A DNA stretch of 24,000 bases from an uncultured Pelotomaculum sp. (GTDB lineage Bacteria; Bacillota; Desulfotomaculia; Desulfotomaculales; Pelotomaculaceae): NCBI GenBank assembly GCA_964557545.1, contig CAZLAK010000004.1, forward strand, positions 29,088 through 53,087, in the 5' to 3' direction. Positions 1 through 8,985 of the stretch are shown piece by piece. Positions within the stretch are counted from its first letter, which is position 1; the number at the start of each line of letters is the position of its first letter. The notes beneath the pieces are model-generated. The model did not search any database. It saw nothing but the letters and a program-made list of their open reading frames with translations, and had not been told where the DNA came from. A program made the translations under genes and the position numbers.

Positions 1-84
1 GGGGTGAAATGCCGCTGGAAGTGATCCGGGGGCTGCCTTGTGCCGCCGAGCCATGAAATTTTGCCCGTTTTTAAGTTGATTTTG

Positions 85-113
85 TTGACTTTCTCTTTTT
101 ACGGGCATATAAT
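85..113 (+). promoter_or_regulatory. sigma-A type promoter of the thi operon (TTGACT-17 nt-TATAAT)
   Basis: TTGACT at 85-90, a 17-nt spacer, then TATAAT at 108-113. It lies about 50 nt upstream of the TPP aptamer. Confidence 0.6.
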
Positions 114-164
114 TTAATTGAAAAATTGCCAAAAGAATTGCCAAAGCGCAAAGACAGACAACTG

Positions 165-280
165 AATACCTGGTTGCTGGGGGTGCCGCAAGGCTGAGAG
201 AAGCTATAGGCGAAAAATTCGCCCGGGCTTCAACCCTTTGAACCTGATGTGGGTAATGCCACCGTAGGGAAGCTGGAGCT
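165..280 (+). promoter_or_regulatory. TPP (THI-box) riboswitch aptamer
   Basis: Carries the conserved THI-element strings: GGGGTGC...GGCTGAGAG...ACCCTTTGAACCTGAT.TGGGTAATGCCACCGTAGGGAA. It sits directly upstream of thiamine biosynthesis genes. Confidence 0.9.
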
Positions 281-288
281 TTTGCTGT

Positions 289-334
289 AAAGCTGTGCTG
301 CCGCTTAAAAGGTGGGCACGGCTTTAGTTTTCTT
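289..334 (+). terminator. First terminator-like hairpin of the riboswitch expression platform
   Basis: TAAAGCTGTGC (289-298) pairs with GCACGGCTTTA (316-325), including one G-U pair. AGTTTTCTT follows. Confidence 0.45.
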
Positions 335-339
335 ATAAA

Positions 340-374
340 GATGACCCGCACTTAAGGTGGCGGGTCATCTTTTG
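340..374 (+). terminator. Rho-independent terminator/attenuator hairpin of the TPP riboswitch
   Basis: GATGACCCGC (340-349) pairs perfectly with GCGGGTCATC (360-369) and is followed by TTTTG. It lies between the aptamer and the thiS RBS. Confidence 0.7.
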
Positions 375-412
375 TGAAGAGCAAAATTTCTGACGGCTGG
401 GGGTGGCGGTTT

Positions 413-616
413 TTGAAGCTTTTAGTCAACGGCCGGGAAGAAGAATTCCCCAAAGAAGTGGGTACTGTTTTGGATTTGCTCCAGCACAAAAGAATCGTGC
501 CGGAGACGGTAGTGGTGGAGCTGAACGGTTCGGTTTTAAAGAGGGACAGCTGGGGGACAGCGCTCTTAAAAGACGGCGACCGGTTGGAGATTTTACGGTT
601 TGTTGGAGGGGGATGA
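413..616 (+). CDS. thiS: Sulfur-carrier protein ThiS
   Basis: The ORF ends in ...RFVGGG* (ubiquitin-like C-terminal GG) and contains MKLLVNGRE..., as ThiS does. I prefer TTG at 413, preceded by GGGGGTGG, giving 67 aa. The track ORF start at 374 lies inside the terminator hairpin. Confidence 0.85.
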   Translation: MKLLVNGREEEFPKEVGTVLDLLQHKRIVPETVVVELNGSVLKRDSWGTALLKDGDRLEILRFVGGG

Positions 617-619
617 AAA

Positions 620-1405
620 ATGGCGGACGTTGAGCAGGATTTTTTGGAAATAGGAGGCCGTAAGCTAAAGAGCAGGCTCTTTTTGGGAACGGGCAAATTT
701 TCTTCTAACCGGCTGATACCCGAGGCGGTTAAAGCCAGCGGGGCACAGGTGGTGACGGTGGCGCTGCGCCGCGTCGACCCGGGATTTGAAGAGGAGAACA
801 TCGCCTCTTACGTTCCCCAGGACTGCATTTTAATGCCCAACACTTCTGGCGCCAGGAATGCCGCGGAAGCCGTGAGGATTGCCCGTCTGGCCAGGGAGGC
901 AGGCTGCGGCAACTGGGTGAAAATTGAGGTTATTACGGATAACCGCTACCTCCTGCCGGATAACTACGAAACCATCAAAGCTACCGAGATCCTGGCGGCC
1001 GAGGGCTTTGTGGTGCTGCCCTATATGAGCCCCGACCTCACCGTGGCCAGAAAGCTGGTGGAAGCCGGGGCAGCGGCGGTCATGCCGCTGGGCGCGCCCA
1101 TCGGCTCCAACCGGGGGCTTAGGACTAAGGAACTGGTGAGGATTTTGGTTGAGGAAATACCGGTTCCGGTGATCGTGGACGCGGGTCTGGGCCGGCCGTC
1201 GGAGGCGGCCGAGGCCATGGAGATGGGGGTGGCCGCCGTGCTGGTCAACACGGCCATTGCTACGGCCGGCGATCCGGTAGCCATGGCCCGCGCCTTTGGT
1301 TTGGCGGTAGAGGCGGGGAGGCTGGCTTACCTGGCGGGGCCCGGCGAGGTGGTGGAGTACGCCCGCGCCTCCTCACCGCTCACCGGCTTTCTGCGGGACG
1401 ATTAA
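620..1405 (+). CDS. thiG: Thiazole synthase ThiG
   Basis: 261 aa. [19 protein letters not shown]... and ...[14 protein letters not shown]... are characteristic of ThiG. GGAGGGGGA RBS lies 6 nt upstream. Confidence 0.95.
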   Translation: MADVEQDFLEIGGRKLKSRLFLGTGKFSSNRLIPEAVKASGAQVVTVALRRVDPGFEEENIASYVPQDCILMPNTSGARNAAEAVRIARLAREAGCGNWVKIEVITDNRYLLPDNYETIKATEILAAEGFVVLPYMSPDLTVARKLVEAGAAAVMPLGAPIGSNRGLRTKELVRILVEEIPVPVIVDAGLGRPSEAAEAMEMGVAAVLVNTAIATAGDPVAMARAFGLAVEAGRLAYLAGPGEVVEYARASSPLTGFLRDD

Positions 1406-1465
1406 AAGAAATTGAAAGAACGGGAAAAACTGGGCGTATTTTAGTTGGCAGGAGATGAGCTGGCT

Positions 1466-2566
1466 GTGAGTTTTTACGAGGTTTTAAAGGTTTACAAAGA
1501 CTTTGACTTTGAGGAATTTTTCAGGCGCGTAAGACCCGTCGATGTAAAAAGGGTGCTGGCCAAAGACCGCCTGAACGAGCGGGATTACCTTGTGCTGCTT
1601 TCACCGGAGGCCGAAGCCTTTTTAGAAGAAATGGCCCAAAAGGCCCACCGCCTGACGGTGCAGCACTTCGGCCGGACTATCCTCCTCTACACGCCGCTTT
1701 ACATCTCTGACTACTGCGTGAACAGCTGTCTCTACTGTGGTTTTAGGGCTGAAAACCCGGTAAATAGGAAAAAGCTTTCGCCGGACGAGGTGGAGGAAGA
1801 GGCGCGCCTTATAGCTTCTACCGGTTTAAAGCACATCCTCGTCTTGACCGGCGAGTCGCGCCGCCACTCACCCGTTTCTTACATTAAAGAGTGCGTGGAG
1901 GTGCTAAAGAAATACTTCACTTCTATCAGTATTGAAATTTACCCGCTTTACGAGGAGGAGTACGCCGAACTCATTGCCGCCGGTGTAGACGGCATCACCG
2001 TATACCAGGAAGTGTACGACGAGGAGGTTTACGCCCAGCTGCACCCGTCAGGACCTAAGCGCAACTTCCGCTTTCGCCTGGATGCCCCGGAGCGGGCCTG
2101 CCGGGCAGGGATGCGCACCGCCAACGTGGGGGCTCTATTGGGCCTGCATTACTGGCGCAGCGAGGCCTTTTTCACCGGCCTGCACGCCTGTTACTTACAG
2201 GACGTTTTTCCAGCCGTGGAGGTAAGCATATCGCCGCCGCGCCTTCGCCCCCACTTGGGAAATTTTGTCCCGCGCGAACGCGTGACGGACAAAAACCTCG
2301 TCCAGTACATCCTGGCATTTAGACTGTTCATGCCGCGCGGCGGCATTACCATTTCCACCCGCGAGCGGCCGGAACTGCGCGACCGCCTGGTCAAACTGGG
2401 GGCCACGCGCATGTCGGCCGGCTCGTGCACTGCTGTCGGGGGGCGCGTGCAAAAAGATCGCACCGGCCAGTTCGACATATTCGATTGTCGCAGTGTGGCC
2501 GAAATGGCGGCCATGCTCTACTCCCAGGGCTACCAGCCGGTTTATAAGGACTGGCAGCTGTTATAG
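1466..2566 (+). CDS. thiH: 2-iminoacetate synthase ThiH (radical SAM)
   Basis: Has a CxxxCxxC radical-SAM motif ([10 protein letters not shown]) and ThiH-like length and operon context. GTG at 1466 with AGGAGA upstream is preferred over the RBS-less TTG at 1445. Confidence 0.9.
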   Translation: MSFYEVLKVYKDFDFEEFFRRVRPVDVKRVLAKDRLNERDYLVLLSPEAEAFLEEMAQKAHRLTVQHFGRTILLYTPLYISDYCVNSCLYCGFRAENPVNRKKLSPDEVEEEARLIASTGLKHILVLTGESRRHSPVSYIKECVEVLKKYFTSISIEIYPLYEEEYAELIAAGVDGITVYQEVYDEEVYAQLHPSGPKRNFRFRLDAPERACRAGMRTANVGALLGLHYWRSEAFFTGLHACYLQDVFPAVEVSISPPRLRPHLGNFVPRERVTDKNLVQYILAFRLFMPRGGITISTRERPELRDRLVKLGATRMSAGSCTAVGGRVQKDRTGQFDIFDCRSVAEMAAMLYSQGYQPVYKDWQLL

Positions 2567-2614
2567 AGGGATGTTACCAGGCATATCTTGCCGGAAAAGA
2601 GGGGGTGTTGTAAA

Positions 2615-3277
2615 GTGAATAAAAGGACAGCTTTGGATATTTTTTTAGCGGCAGACCTCTACGGGATTACGGCCGAAGAGTACTCGCTGGGGAGGAAAAA
2701 CCCGGAGGTCGTCAAAATGATGGTAGACGCCGGGATTAAAGTAATACAGTACCGGGAAAAAGACAAAAAGATGCGCGCCAAGTACGAGGAGTGCCTGGAG
2801 ATCCGGAAAATTACGGAAAGCGCTGGCGCCGTTTTCATCGTCAACGACCACCCGGACCTGGCCCTCCTGGCAGGGGCAGACGGCGTGCATTTGGGCCAGG
2901 AGGACCTGCCGCCGGAAAAGGTGAGGGAGCTGGTGGGGGGAGAAATGCTCATCGGCCTTTCCACCCACTCCCCGGAGCAGGCCAGGGCGGCCGAAGAGTG
3001 CGGTGCCGTGGACTACATCGGCGTAGGCCCGATTTTCCCCACCAGCACCAAAAAGGACGTCTGTGCTCCCGTCGGGTTTTCTTACCTGGATTATGTGGTC
3101 AAAAATATCCGCCTTCCCTTTGTGGCCATCGGCGGCATCAAAGAGCACAATGCCGGCGAGGTTTGGCGCAGGGGGGCGCGCTGCCTGGCCATGGTGACCG
3201 AAATCGTAGGGGCCGAAGATATTGCCGGCAAGGTGAAAAGTTTGCGCGCCGTGCGCCGGCAGGCACTAGGTTATTGA
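2615..3277 (+). CDS. thiE: Thiamine-phosphate synthase ThiE
   Basis: ThiE-like sequence (...IQYREKD...VNDHPDLA...GADGVHLGQEDL...IGGI...). GTG at 2615 is 7 nt after AGAGGGGGTG. The track start at 2588 is possible but has no RBS. Confidence 0.9.
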   Translation: MNKRTALDIFLAADLYGITAEEYSLGRKNPEVVKMMVDAGIKVIQYREKDKKMRAKYEECLEIRKITESAGAVFIVNDHPDLALLAGADGVHLGQEDLPPEKVRELVGGEMLIGLSTHSPEQARAAEECGAVDYIGVGPIFPTSTKKDVCAPVGFSYLDYVVKNIRLPFVAIGGIKEHNAGEVWRRGARCLAMVTEIVGAEDIAGKVKSLRAVRRQALGY

Positions 3278-3292
3278 GGAGGGTTAATTAAC

Positions 3293-4585
3293 GTGGAGTA
3301 CGCAACGCAAATGGAAGCGGCCCGCCTGGGTATAGTTACAAAGCAGATGGAAGCGGTGGCCCGCGAAGAAGGGGTAGATGTCCAAAAGCTCCGCCGGCTT
3401 ATTGCCGGGGGCAAAGTGGTCATTCCGGCCAACAAAAACCATGCCTCTTTAAAGCCCTGCGGTATAGGGGAGGGGTTGCGCACCAAGATTAACGTCAACC
3501 TGGGCATATCCGGCGACCGCCGCGATGTGGAGCTGGAGCTGGCCAAGGCGCGGCTGGCTGTAGAACTTAAAGCGGACGCCGTCATGGACTTGAGCTGCTA
3601 CGGCCGGACGGAAGAATTCCGCCGCCGCTTGGTAGAGACCGTGCCCTGTGCCGTAGGCACAGTGCCGGTCTACGATGTCACGGGCTTTTGCGGTAAAGAG
3701 CTAAAAGACGTTGATCCGGACGATTTTCTGCGGGTAGTGGAAAAGCACGCCCAGGACGGGGTGGACTTTATGACCATCCACGCCGGTATAAACCGCGAGA
3801 CGGCGGCCAGGTTTAAAAAGAACCCCCGCCTCACCAATATCGTCTCCCGGGGCGGCTCAATTATCTTTGTGTGGATGGAGCTGACCGGCCGGGAAAACCC
3901 GTTTTACGAGTACTACGACGATCTTCTCGCCATCTGCCGGTGCTACGACGTGACCATCAGTTTAGGCGACGCCTGCCGGCCCGGCTCTTTAAAAGACGCC
4001 ACCGACGCCTCCCAGGTGCAGGAGCTCATCGTCTTAGGAGAACTCACCAAAAGGGCGTGGGAGAAGGACGTCCAGGTGATGATTGAGGGGCCGGGTCACA
4101 TGCCGCTAAATGAGATTGCCGCTAATATGCTTTTGGAAAAGAAGCTGTGCCACGGCGCGCCGTTTTACGTCTTAGGGCCCCTGGTGACGGACGTGGCGCC
4201 CGGCTACGACCACATCACCAGTGCTATCGGCGGGGCCATTGCCGCCGCCAGCGGGGCTGACTTCCTCTGCTACGTCACCCCGGCCGAACACTTGCGGCTG
4301 CCCACCTTGGAAGACATGAAAGAGGGTATTATCGCTGCCCGCATCGCCGCCCACGCCGCCGACATCGCCAAGGGGATACCCGGGGCAAGGGACTGGGACG
4401 ACGCCATGAGCGAGGCCAGGCGCAACCTCGACTGGGAGAAAATGTTTGAGCTGGCCCTGGACCCGGAAAAGGCCAGGCGCTACCGCCGGGAGTCGCAGCC
4501 CGCGGAAGAGGACACCTGCACCATGTGCGGCGACAAGTGCGCCGTGCGCAATATGAACAGGGTGCTGGCGGGCGCTGTTGTTTAA
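3293..4585 (+). CDS. thiC: Phosphomethylpyrimidine synthase ThiC
   Basis: 430 aa with ThiC hallmarks (...MTIHAGI..., ...VMIEGPGH..., C-terminal CTMCGDKCA Fe-S motif). GAGGAGGG RBS upstream. Confidence 0.95.
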   Translation: MEYATQMEAARLGIVTKQMEAVAREEGVDVQKLRRLIAGGKVVIPANKNHASLKPCGIGEGLRTKINVNLGISGDRRDVELELAKARLAVELKADAVMDLSCYGRTEEFRRRLVETVPCAVGTVPVYDVTGFCGKELKDVDPDDFLRVVEKHAQDGVDFMTIHAGINRETAARFKKNPRLTNIVSRGGSIIFVWMELTGRENPFYEYYDDLLAICRCYDVTISLGDACRPGSLKDATDASQVQELIVLGELTKRAWEKDVQVMIEGPGHMPLNEIAANMLLEKKLCHGAPFYVLGPLVTDVAPGYDHITSAIGGAIAAASGADFLCYVTPAEHLRLPTLEDMKEGIIAARIAAHAADIAKGIPGARDWDDAMSEARRNLDWEKMFELALDPEKARRYRRESQPAEEDTCTMCGDKCAVRNMNRVLAGAVV

Positions 4586-4634
4586 GGTTGTTTAAAAGGA
4601 GCATTTTTAAAGAATTTGCCCTTCAAGAAGTATT

Positions 4635-4694
4635 AACCCCTCCCGACGGTGTGGTAAAATTTTAACAGCAAGTAAATGACGGGAGGGGTTTTTT
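4635..4694 (+). terminator. Long-loop hairpin plus T-run after thiC; its 3' arm is the macrodomain gene's SD
   Basis: AACCCCTCCCG (4635-4645) pairs with CGGGAGGGGTT (4680-4690), an 11-bp stem with a 34-nt loop. A T-run spans 4689-4694 and ATG follows at 4695. Confidence 0.5.
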
Positions 4695-5249
4695 ATGGAA
4701 GCGAGAGTAGGTACGGCGGTATTAAAAATTGTGCAGGGAGATATTACCAAGGCAGACACGGAGGCCATTGTAAACGCGGCCAACCCCAGCCTGATGGGCG
4801 GCGGCGGGGTGGACGGGGCCATTCACCGCGCCGGCGGGCCGCAGATCCTGGAGGAGTGCAAGGCCATCCGCGCCCAGCGGGGCCCGCTGCCGACAGGTCA
4901 AGCGGTTATCACCACCGGCGGCAAGCTAAAGGCCCGCTACGTTATCCACACCGTGGGGCCGGTTTGGTACGGCGGCAGCCACAACGAGGACAACCTCTTG
5001 TGTGACGCTTACCGAAACAGCTTAGCGCTGGCCAAAGAAAAGGGCATCCGTTCGGTGTCTTTCCCTTCCATCAGCACCGGCGCCTACGGTTTTCCCATCG
5101 AGCGGGCGGCGCGCCTTGCTCTGCGCACGGTGGTCGATTTTCTGCTGACTAACCCAGGCTTGGAAGAGGTGCGCTTTGTGCTCTTCGGCGAGGAGGCGGA
5201 AAAAGTATTTCTGGCGGCCTGGGAGGAAGTGAGCAAAGAACTGGGCTGA
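4695..5249 (+). CDS. Macro-domain protein (O-acetyl-ADP-ribose deacetylase / ADP-ribose-binding, YmdB-like)
   Basis: 184 aa. GDITK...EAIVNAANPSLMGGGGVDGAIHRAGGP...SFPSISTGAYGFP is the canonical macro-domain signature. Confidence 0.9.
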   Translation: MEARVGTAVLKIVQGDITKADTEAIVNAANPSLMGGGGVDGAIHRAGGPQILEECKAIRAQRGPLPTGQAVITTGGKLKARYVIHTVGPVWYGGSHNEDNLLCDAYRNSLALAKEKGIRSVSFPSISTGAYGFPIERAARLALRTVVDFLLTNPGLEEVRFVLFGEEAEKVFLAAWEEVSKELG

Positions 5250-5282
5250 TAATACGTGCAGTATTGTTGGGTTTTTAGATCC

Positions 5283-5315
5283 AAGGGGCGCCCGGCGGGC
5301 GCCCTTTAGTATTTG
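5283..5315 (+). terminator. GC-rich terminator hairpin after the macrodomain gene
   Basis: AAGGGGCGCC / GGCGCCCTTT stem around a GGC loop (5283-5307), followed by AGTATTT. Confidence 0.6.
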
Positions 5316-5505
5316 TGCGGCAAAGGCAAAATCCGCTTGTTTTAAATAAGTAAAATATAATATAATAAAAAACAAATATTATTATATGATTAATAGGATA
5401 TTTTTAAGGGGGCTGGTCAACGTGCGTTGAACTGGGTAAGGGCTGGCACATTGTGGCTTATAAGGAAAATAAGGTTCACCGTACTGAGTAGGGGGGTAGA
5501 AACAC

Positions 5506-6576
5506 ATGACTGATTCGGTAACGGGAAAACTCAATTTTCTGGACCGGTACTTAACCCTGTGGATTTTTTTGGCGATGGCGCTGGGTGTGGGAGGCGGTTA
5601 TATTTACCCGCAGATAGCTAACTTTTGGGGTAAGTTCCAGGTGGGTACTACCAATATCCCCATTGCCATCGGTCTAATTATCATGATGTACCCGCCCCTG
5701 GCGAGGGTGAAGTACGAAGAAATAGGCAAAGTGTTTACCAACGGCAAAGTCATGGTCTTAAGCCTGGTGCAGAACTGGTTTATCGGCCCGCTTATAATGT
5801 TTTTTCTGGCGATTGCCTTCCTGCGGGGCTACCCGGAATACATGGCCGGCCTCATCCTCATCGGCCTGGCCCGCTGCATCGCCATGGTTATAGTCTGGAA
5901 CGGGCTGGCCAAGGGCGACTCTGAATACGCTGCCGCCCTGGTAGCGCTGAACTCTATTTTTCAAGTGCTGTTTTTTTCGGTGTACGCTTATTTTTTCATC
6001 ACTCTGATGCCTCAGTGGTTTGGCCTTAAATCTTCGGAAGTGCACATTTCGATGGGAGAAGTGGCCAAAAGCGTTTTCATTTACCTCGGCATACCTTTTT
6101 TGGCCGGTGTTATCACCCGTTTTTCTCTCATGCCGGTAAAGGGCAAAGAATGGTATGACAAGCAGTTCATGCCCAAAATCGGCCCTTTAACCTTAATTGC
6201 TCTGCTGTTTACCATCCTGGTGATGTTCTCTTTGAAGGGCAATTACATTGTTACCCTGCCGATAGATGTGGTCAGGGTGGCCGTTCCGCTGACTTTGTAC
6301 TTTTTAATTATGTTTTTAATTTCTTTCTTTATAAGCAAAAAATTGGGTATAAATTACGAGCAGGCCACGACCCTGTCCTTTACTGCTGCCAGCAACAACT
6401 TTGAACTGGCCATTGCGGTAGCCGTGGCGGTTTTCGGCATCAATTCAGGACAGGCTTTTGCCGCGGTAATCGGTCCGCTGATCGAAGTGCCGGTGATGAT
6501 CTGGCTGGTTAACGTGGCCCTTTATTTTAAGAGGAAGTACTTTGCCCAAAAAACTCAGGGAGGTGAGCCTGTTTAG
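5506..6576 (+). CDS. acr3: ACR3-family arsenite efflux transporter
   Basis: 356 aa. [20 protein letters not shown]...[24 protein letters not shown]...[14 protein letters not shown]...[15 protein letters not shown] closely matches B. subtilis-type ACR3/ArsB. Confidence 0.93.
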   Translation: MTDSVTGKLNFLDRYLTLWIFLAMALGVGGGYIYPQIANFWGKFQVGTTNIPIAIGLIIMMYPPLARVKYEEIGKVFTNGKVMVLSLVQNWFIGPLIMFFLAIAFLRGYPEYMAGLILIGLARCIAMVIVWNGLAKGDSEYAAALVALNSIFQVLFFSVYAYFFITLMPQWFGLKSSEVHISMGEVAKSVFIYLGIPFLAGVITRFSLMPVKGKEWYDKQFMPKIGPLTLIALLFTILVMFSLKGNYIVTLPIDVVRVAVPLTLYFLIMFLISFFISKKLGINYEQATTLSFTAASNNFELAIAVAVAVFGINSGQAFAAVIGPLIEVPVMIWLVNVALYFKRKYFAQKTQGGEPV

Positions 6577-6818
6577 TGCAAATAAAAGTTTTGGGCACCG
6601 GCTGTCCCAAGTGCCGCGCCCTTTACAGCGCTGTCGGTGAAACGGTAAAAGAGATGGGTTTACAGGCCGAAGTCGTGAAGGTGGAAGATATAAAAGAGAT
6701 CTTAGAAGCCGGTGTAATGCTGACTCCCGGCCTCATAGTCAACGGCAAGCTCAAAGCGAGCGGGAAAGTTCCGTCCAAAGCAGAACTGAAGCGCTATATT
6801 GAAGAGGAGCTAAAATAA
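6576..6818 (+). CDS. Small thioredoxin-fold protein (redox-active disulfide protein 2 / TM0996-MTH895 type), CPKC motif
   Basis: 80 aa, MQIKVLGTGCPKCRAL...TPGLIVNGK. The GTG start overlaps the acr3 stop by 1 nt, and GGAGGTGAG RBS lies inside the acr3 3' end. Confidence 0.85.
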   Translation: MQIKVLGTGCPKCRALYSAVGETVKEMGLQAEVVKVEDIKEILEAGVMLTPGLIVNGKLKASGKVPSKAELKRYIEEELK

Positions 6819-6840
6819 TTTTAAGGATAAATGTGATGAA

Positions 6841-6870
6841 AAAAGACACGGCCAGCCCGTGTCTTTTTTG
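6841..6870 (+). terminator. Rho-independent terminator after acr3 and the trx-like gene
   Basis: AAAAGACACGG-CCAGC-CCGTGTCTTTTTT: a perfect 7-bp GC core with A/T extension and a T6 run. Confidence 0.85.
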
Positions 6871-6892
6871 CCTGTGGTGTGCTTTTGGGGTG

Positions 6893-6921
6893 TTGCGTTG
6901 GCAAGAACTATATGTTAATAT
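6893..6921 (+). promoter_or_regulatory. Promoter of the permease gene (TTGCGT-17 nt-TAATAT with TGn extended -10)
   Basis: TTGCGT at 6893-6898, TGT at 6913-6915, TAATAT at 6916-6921. Confidence 0.5.
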
Positions 6922-6961
6922 TCTAATACAATTAATACTTTTAAAAAGAGGAGATATGTGA

Positions 6962-8134
6962 TTGTTGAAGGAAAGAAATAAGCTTATTCTTATGGTTGCC
7001 GTTTACCTGGCGGTATTTTTCCTGCCGCTCTCCCACCCCCGGGTGCAGTCGGCTATTTTGGAGTCTTTCTACATGCTGCAGGACTACGCCCAAAAGCACG
7101 TCCTGACCTGCCTTGTGCCGGCCTTCTTTATTGCCGGCGCCATTGCCGTCTTTGTTTCGCAGGCTTCGGTGCTGAAATACTTTGGGGCGGGGGCTAATAA
7201 AATTCTGTCCTACGGCGTGGCTTCGGTTTCAGGCAGTGTGCTGGCGGTGTGCTCCTGCACAGTGCTGCCGCTCTTTGCCGGTATTTACACCCGGGGAGCA
7301 GGGATTGGTCCGGCGACGGCTTTTCTCTATTCGGGTCCGGCCATAAATGTGCTGGCCATTATTCTCACAGCCAGGGTTTTGGGCTTTGAACTCGGGCTGG
7401 CACGGGCGGTGGGGGCAGTTCTTTTTTCCCTGCTCATCGGCCTGGCGATGAATCTTATATCTGTAAAAGAAGAAAGGGAAAAAGAAAAAGCGGCTTTAAC
7501 CTTACCCCCGCCGCCGCCCGACAGGCGCTCCCTTTGGCAGTACGCGGTGTACTTTGGCTCAATGGTGCTGGCGCTCATCTTCTTGGCCTGGGGTAAGCCC
7601 GCCCAGCCGGTTGGTTTTTTCAGCGCCGTTTACGAGGTGCACTGGTACCTGGCCGCCGCTTGCCTGGCTGTTCTGGCGGTGATTTTAAAATTTTGGTTTA
7701 CTAAAGAAGAGCTTGCCGGGTGGGTGGGAGCTACCTGGGGCTTTGCTAAACAGATTTTCCCCTTGCTCTTGGCGGGCGTGATGGCGGCCGGCTTCTTAAT
7801 GGGCCGGCCCGGAGAGGATACAGGTATCATTCCGGCTAAATACATTGCCCATCTGGTTGGCGGCAACTCTTTAGCGGCCAATTTTCTGGCCTCGCTGGTA
7901 GGTGCCCTGATATACTTTGCCACACTGACGGAAATTCCTATTCTGCAGGGTCTGCTCGGCAGCGGCATGGGTAAAGGTCCCGCACTGGCCCTTTTGCTAT
8001 CCGGCCCGGCCTTGAGCCTGCCCAACATGATCGTCATCGGCCGGGTAATGGGCGCCAAAAAAGCTGCTGTTTTTATTGCCCTGGTAGTGGTAATGTCTAC
8101 GCTGGCGGGTATGCTCTACGGTGCTATTTTTTAG
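6962..8134 (+). CDS. Multi-pass permease, PF03773/DUF318 (ArsP-like) family
   Basis: 390 aa and highly hydrophobic. It has the family-typical ...VLAVCSCTVLPLFAG... motif and a central loop KEEREKEKAALTLPPPPPDRR separating two halves. AGAGGAG RBS is 8 nt upstream of the TTG start. Confidence 0.8.
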   Translation: MLKERNKLILMVAVYLAVFFLPLSHPRVQSAILESFYMLQDYAQKHVLTCLVPAFFIAGAIAVFVSQASVLKYFGAGANKILSYGVASVSGSVLAVCSCTVLPLFAGIYTRGAGIGPATAFLYSGPAINVLAIILTARVLGFELGLARAVGAVLFSLLIGLAMNLISVKEEREKEKAALTLPPPPPDRRSLWQYAVYFGSMVLALIFLAWGKPAQPVGFFSAVYEVHWYLAAACLAVLAVILKFWFTKEELAGWVGATWGFAKQIFPLLLAGVMAAGFLMGRPGEDTGIIPAKYIAHLVGGNSLAANFLASLVGALIYFATLTEIPILQGLLGSGMGKGPALALLLSGPALSLPNMIVIGRVMGAKKAAVFIALVVVMSTLAGMLYGAIF

Positions 8135-8145
8135 AAGGCGTGCAG

Positions 8146-8175
8146 TTGACACTTGCAATCAATAGAACTTAAAAT
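8146..8175 (+). promoter_or_regulatory. Promoter of arsR (TTGACA-18 nt-TAAAAT)
   Basis: TTGACA at 8146-8151 and TAAAAT at 8170-8175. A 10-bp palindrome ATAATATTAT (8190-8199) lies just downstream. Confidence 0.55.
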
Positions 8176-8283
8176 AAGGAAAGAATATCATAATATTATA
8201 ATAAGCATTGCAGCGTAGTGTTTGGGAACTGTTTTGTGTTTTTTTAAATTTGCTGTCAGGAGAGGAAAGGGGAAGGTGTACCG

Positions 8284-8649
8284 GTGTACAATAAAAATCA
8301 CAGCAATTACAGCACGCTGGCCAGAACCAAAGCGGAGGTATTAAAAGCGCTGGCCCATCCCACCCGGGTTAGCATCCTGGAGTATTTAAAAGGCGGGGAG
8401 CGGTGCGTTTGTGAAATAATTGAGCACCTGAATATCGAGCAGTCCAACGTTTCCCAGCATTTGGCCATTTTAAAGAGGCTGGGCATTCTCTCTTTCAGAA
8501 GAGAAGGGCTTAAAATGATTTACCGGGTAAAGCACAGGGAAGTATTTGCTATTTTGCGCCTGTTGGAGGATATGGTGTCTGCTCAGGCGAGGGAGACGGC
8601 GGCCATGCTGGAAAGCCTGGGTGAAAAAAAGGAGGCGGGCCAGCAATGA
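8284..8649 (+). CDS. arsR: ArsR/SmtB-family metalloregulator with a CVC metalloid-binding motif
   Basis: 121 aa. LKALAHPTRVSILEYLKGGERCVCEIIEHLNIEQSNVSQHLAILKRLGIL is a winged-HTH ArsR signature, with CVC at the ELCVCDL position. Confidence 0.92.
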   Translation: MYNKNHSNYSTLARTKAEVLKALAHPTRVSILEYLKGGERCVCEIIEHLNIEQSNVSQHLAILKRLGILSFRREGLKMIYRVKHREVFAILRLLEDMVSAQARETAAMLESLGEKKEAGQQ

Positions 8650-8985
8650 CGGGAAAAAGAGTGCTGGTTACTGTTTTCGGTTACGATGCTTCGCACGCAC
8701 CCGGCGGTTGCACGTGTGCAGGGGGCCTGCCGGGCCCCATCAGCATGAGCAGCGATACAGAAGACCTGAAAAAAATTTCTTGCCCGTGAGTTTGGGGATG
8801 CGGTAGAAGTCAGCTTTGTAGACGTGCGCAGTGTGGAAATGGCCGTTTACCCGGAGGTGCTGGCAGCGCTGGAAAAAGAGCGCCTGCCGGCGGTGGCCAT
8901 AAATAAAAAACCCCGCTTTTTTGGGGGGCTTTCCTTCATTGCCATTGCCGACGAAGTAAAAAAGGTACTAGCGGAAAAGAATTAG
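8646..8985 (+). pseudogene. Frameshifted small thioredoxin-fold gene (YuzD/DUF1462- or ArsD-like layout, CTC motif), coupled to arsR
   Basis: ATG at 8646 overlaps the arsR TGA (ATGA). Frame 0 reads MTGKRVLVTVFGYDASHAPGGCTCAGGLPGPISMSSDTEDLKK and then stops at 8787. The +1 frame, counted from 8776, reads FLAREFGDAVEVSFVDVRSVEMAVYPEVLAALEKERLPAVAINKKPRFFGGLSFIAIADEVKKVLAEKN*. The two frames join at an A7 run (8769-8775). Deleting one A gives a 112-aa ORF. Confidence 0.7.

Noticed and set aside
1-56. Possible 3' end of an upstream + strand CDS (...GEMPLEVIRGLPCAAEP* in frame 3).
   Set aside because: Only 17 codons are visible, which is too short to recognise or support.
5506-6576. Lower G+C of acr3 as evidence of a horizontally acquired island.
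   Set aside because: Hand counts of a few lines show acr3 is more AT-rich than thiC. The adjacent trx-like and permease genes look compositionally normal, however, no flanking repeats or integrase were found, and the Phe/Ile/Leu-rich membrane composition can explain the bias.
8787-8789. Reading the TGA in the post-arsR gene as selenocysteine instead of invoking a frameshift.
   Set aside because: Read-through in that frame gives Gly/Arg-rich low-complexity sequence (VWGCGRSQLCRRAQCGNGRLPGGAG...). The +1 frame, by contrast, is clearly protein-like and ends at the terminator.
8546-8806. 86-aa ORF spanning the arsR 3' end and the start of the downstream gene.
   Set aside because: It is out of frame with both convincing reading frames, its sequence is Arg/Cys-rich nonsense, and it has no RBS.
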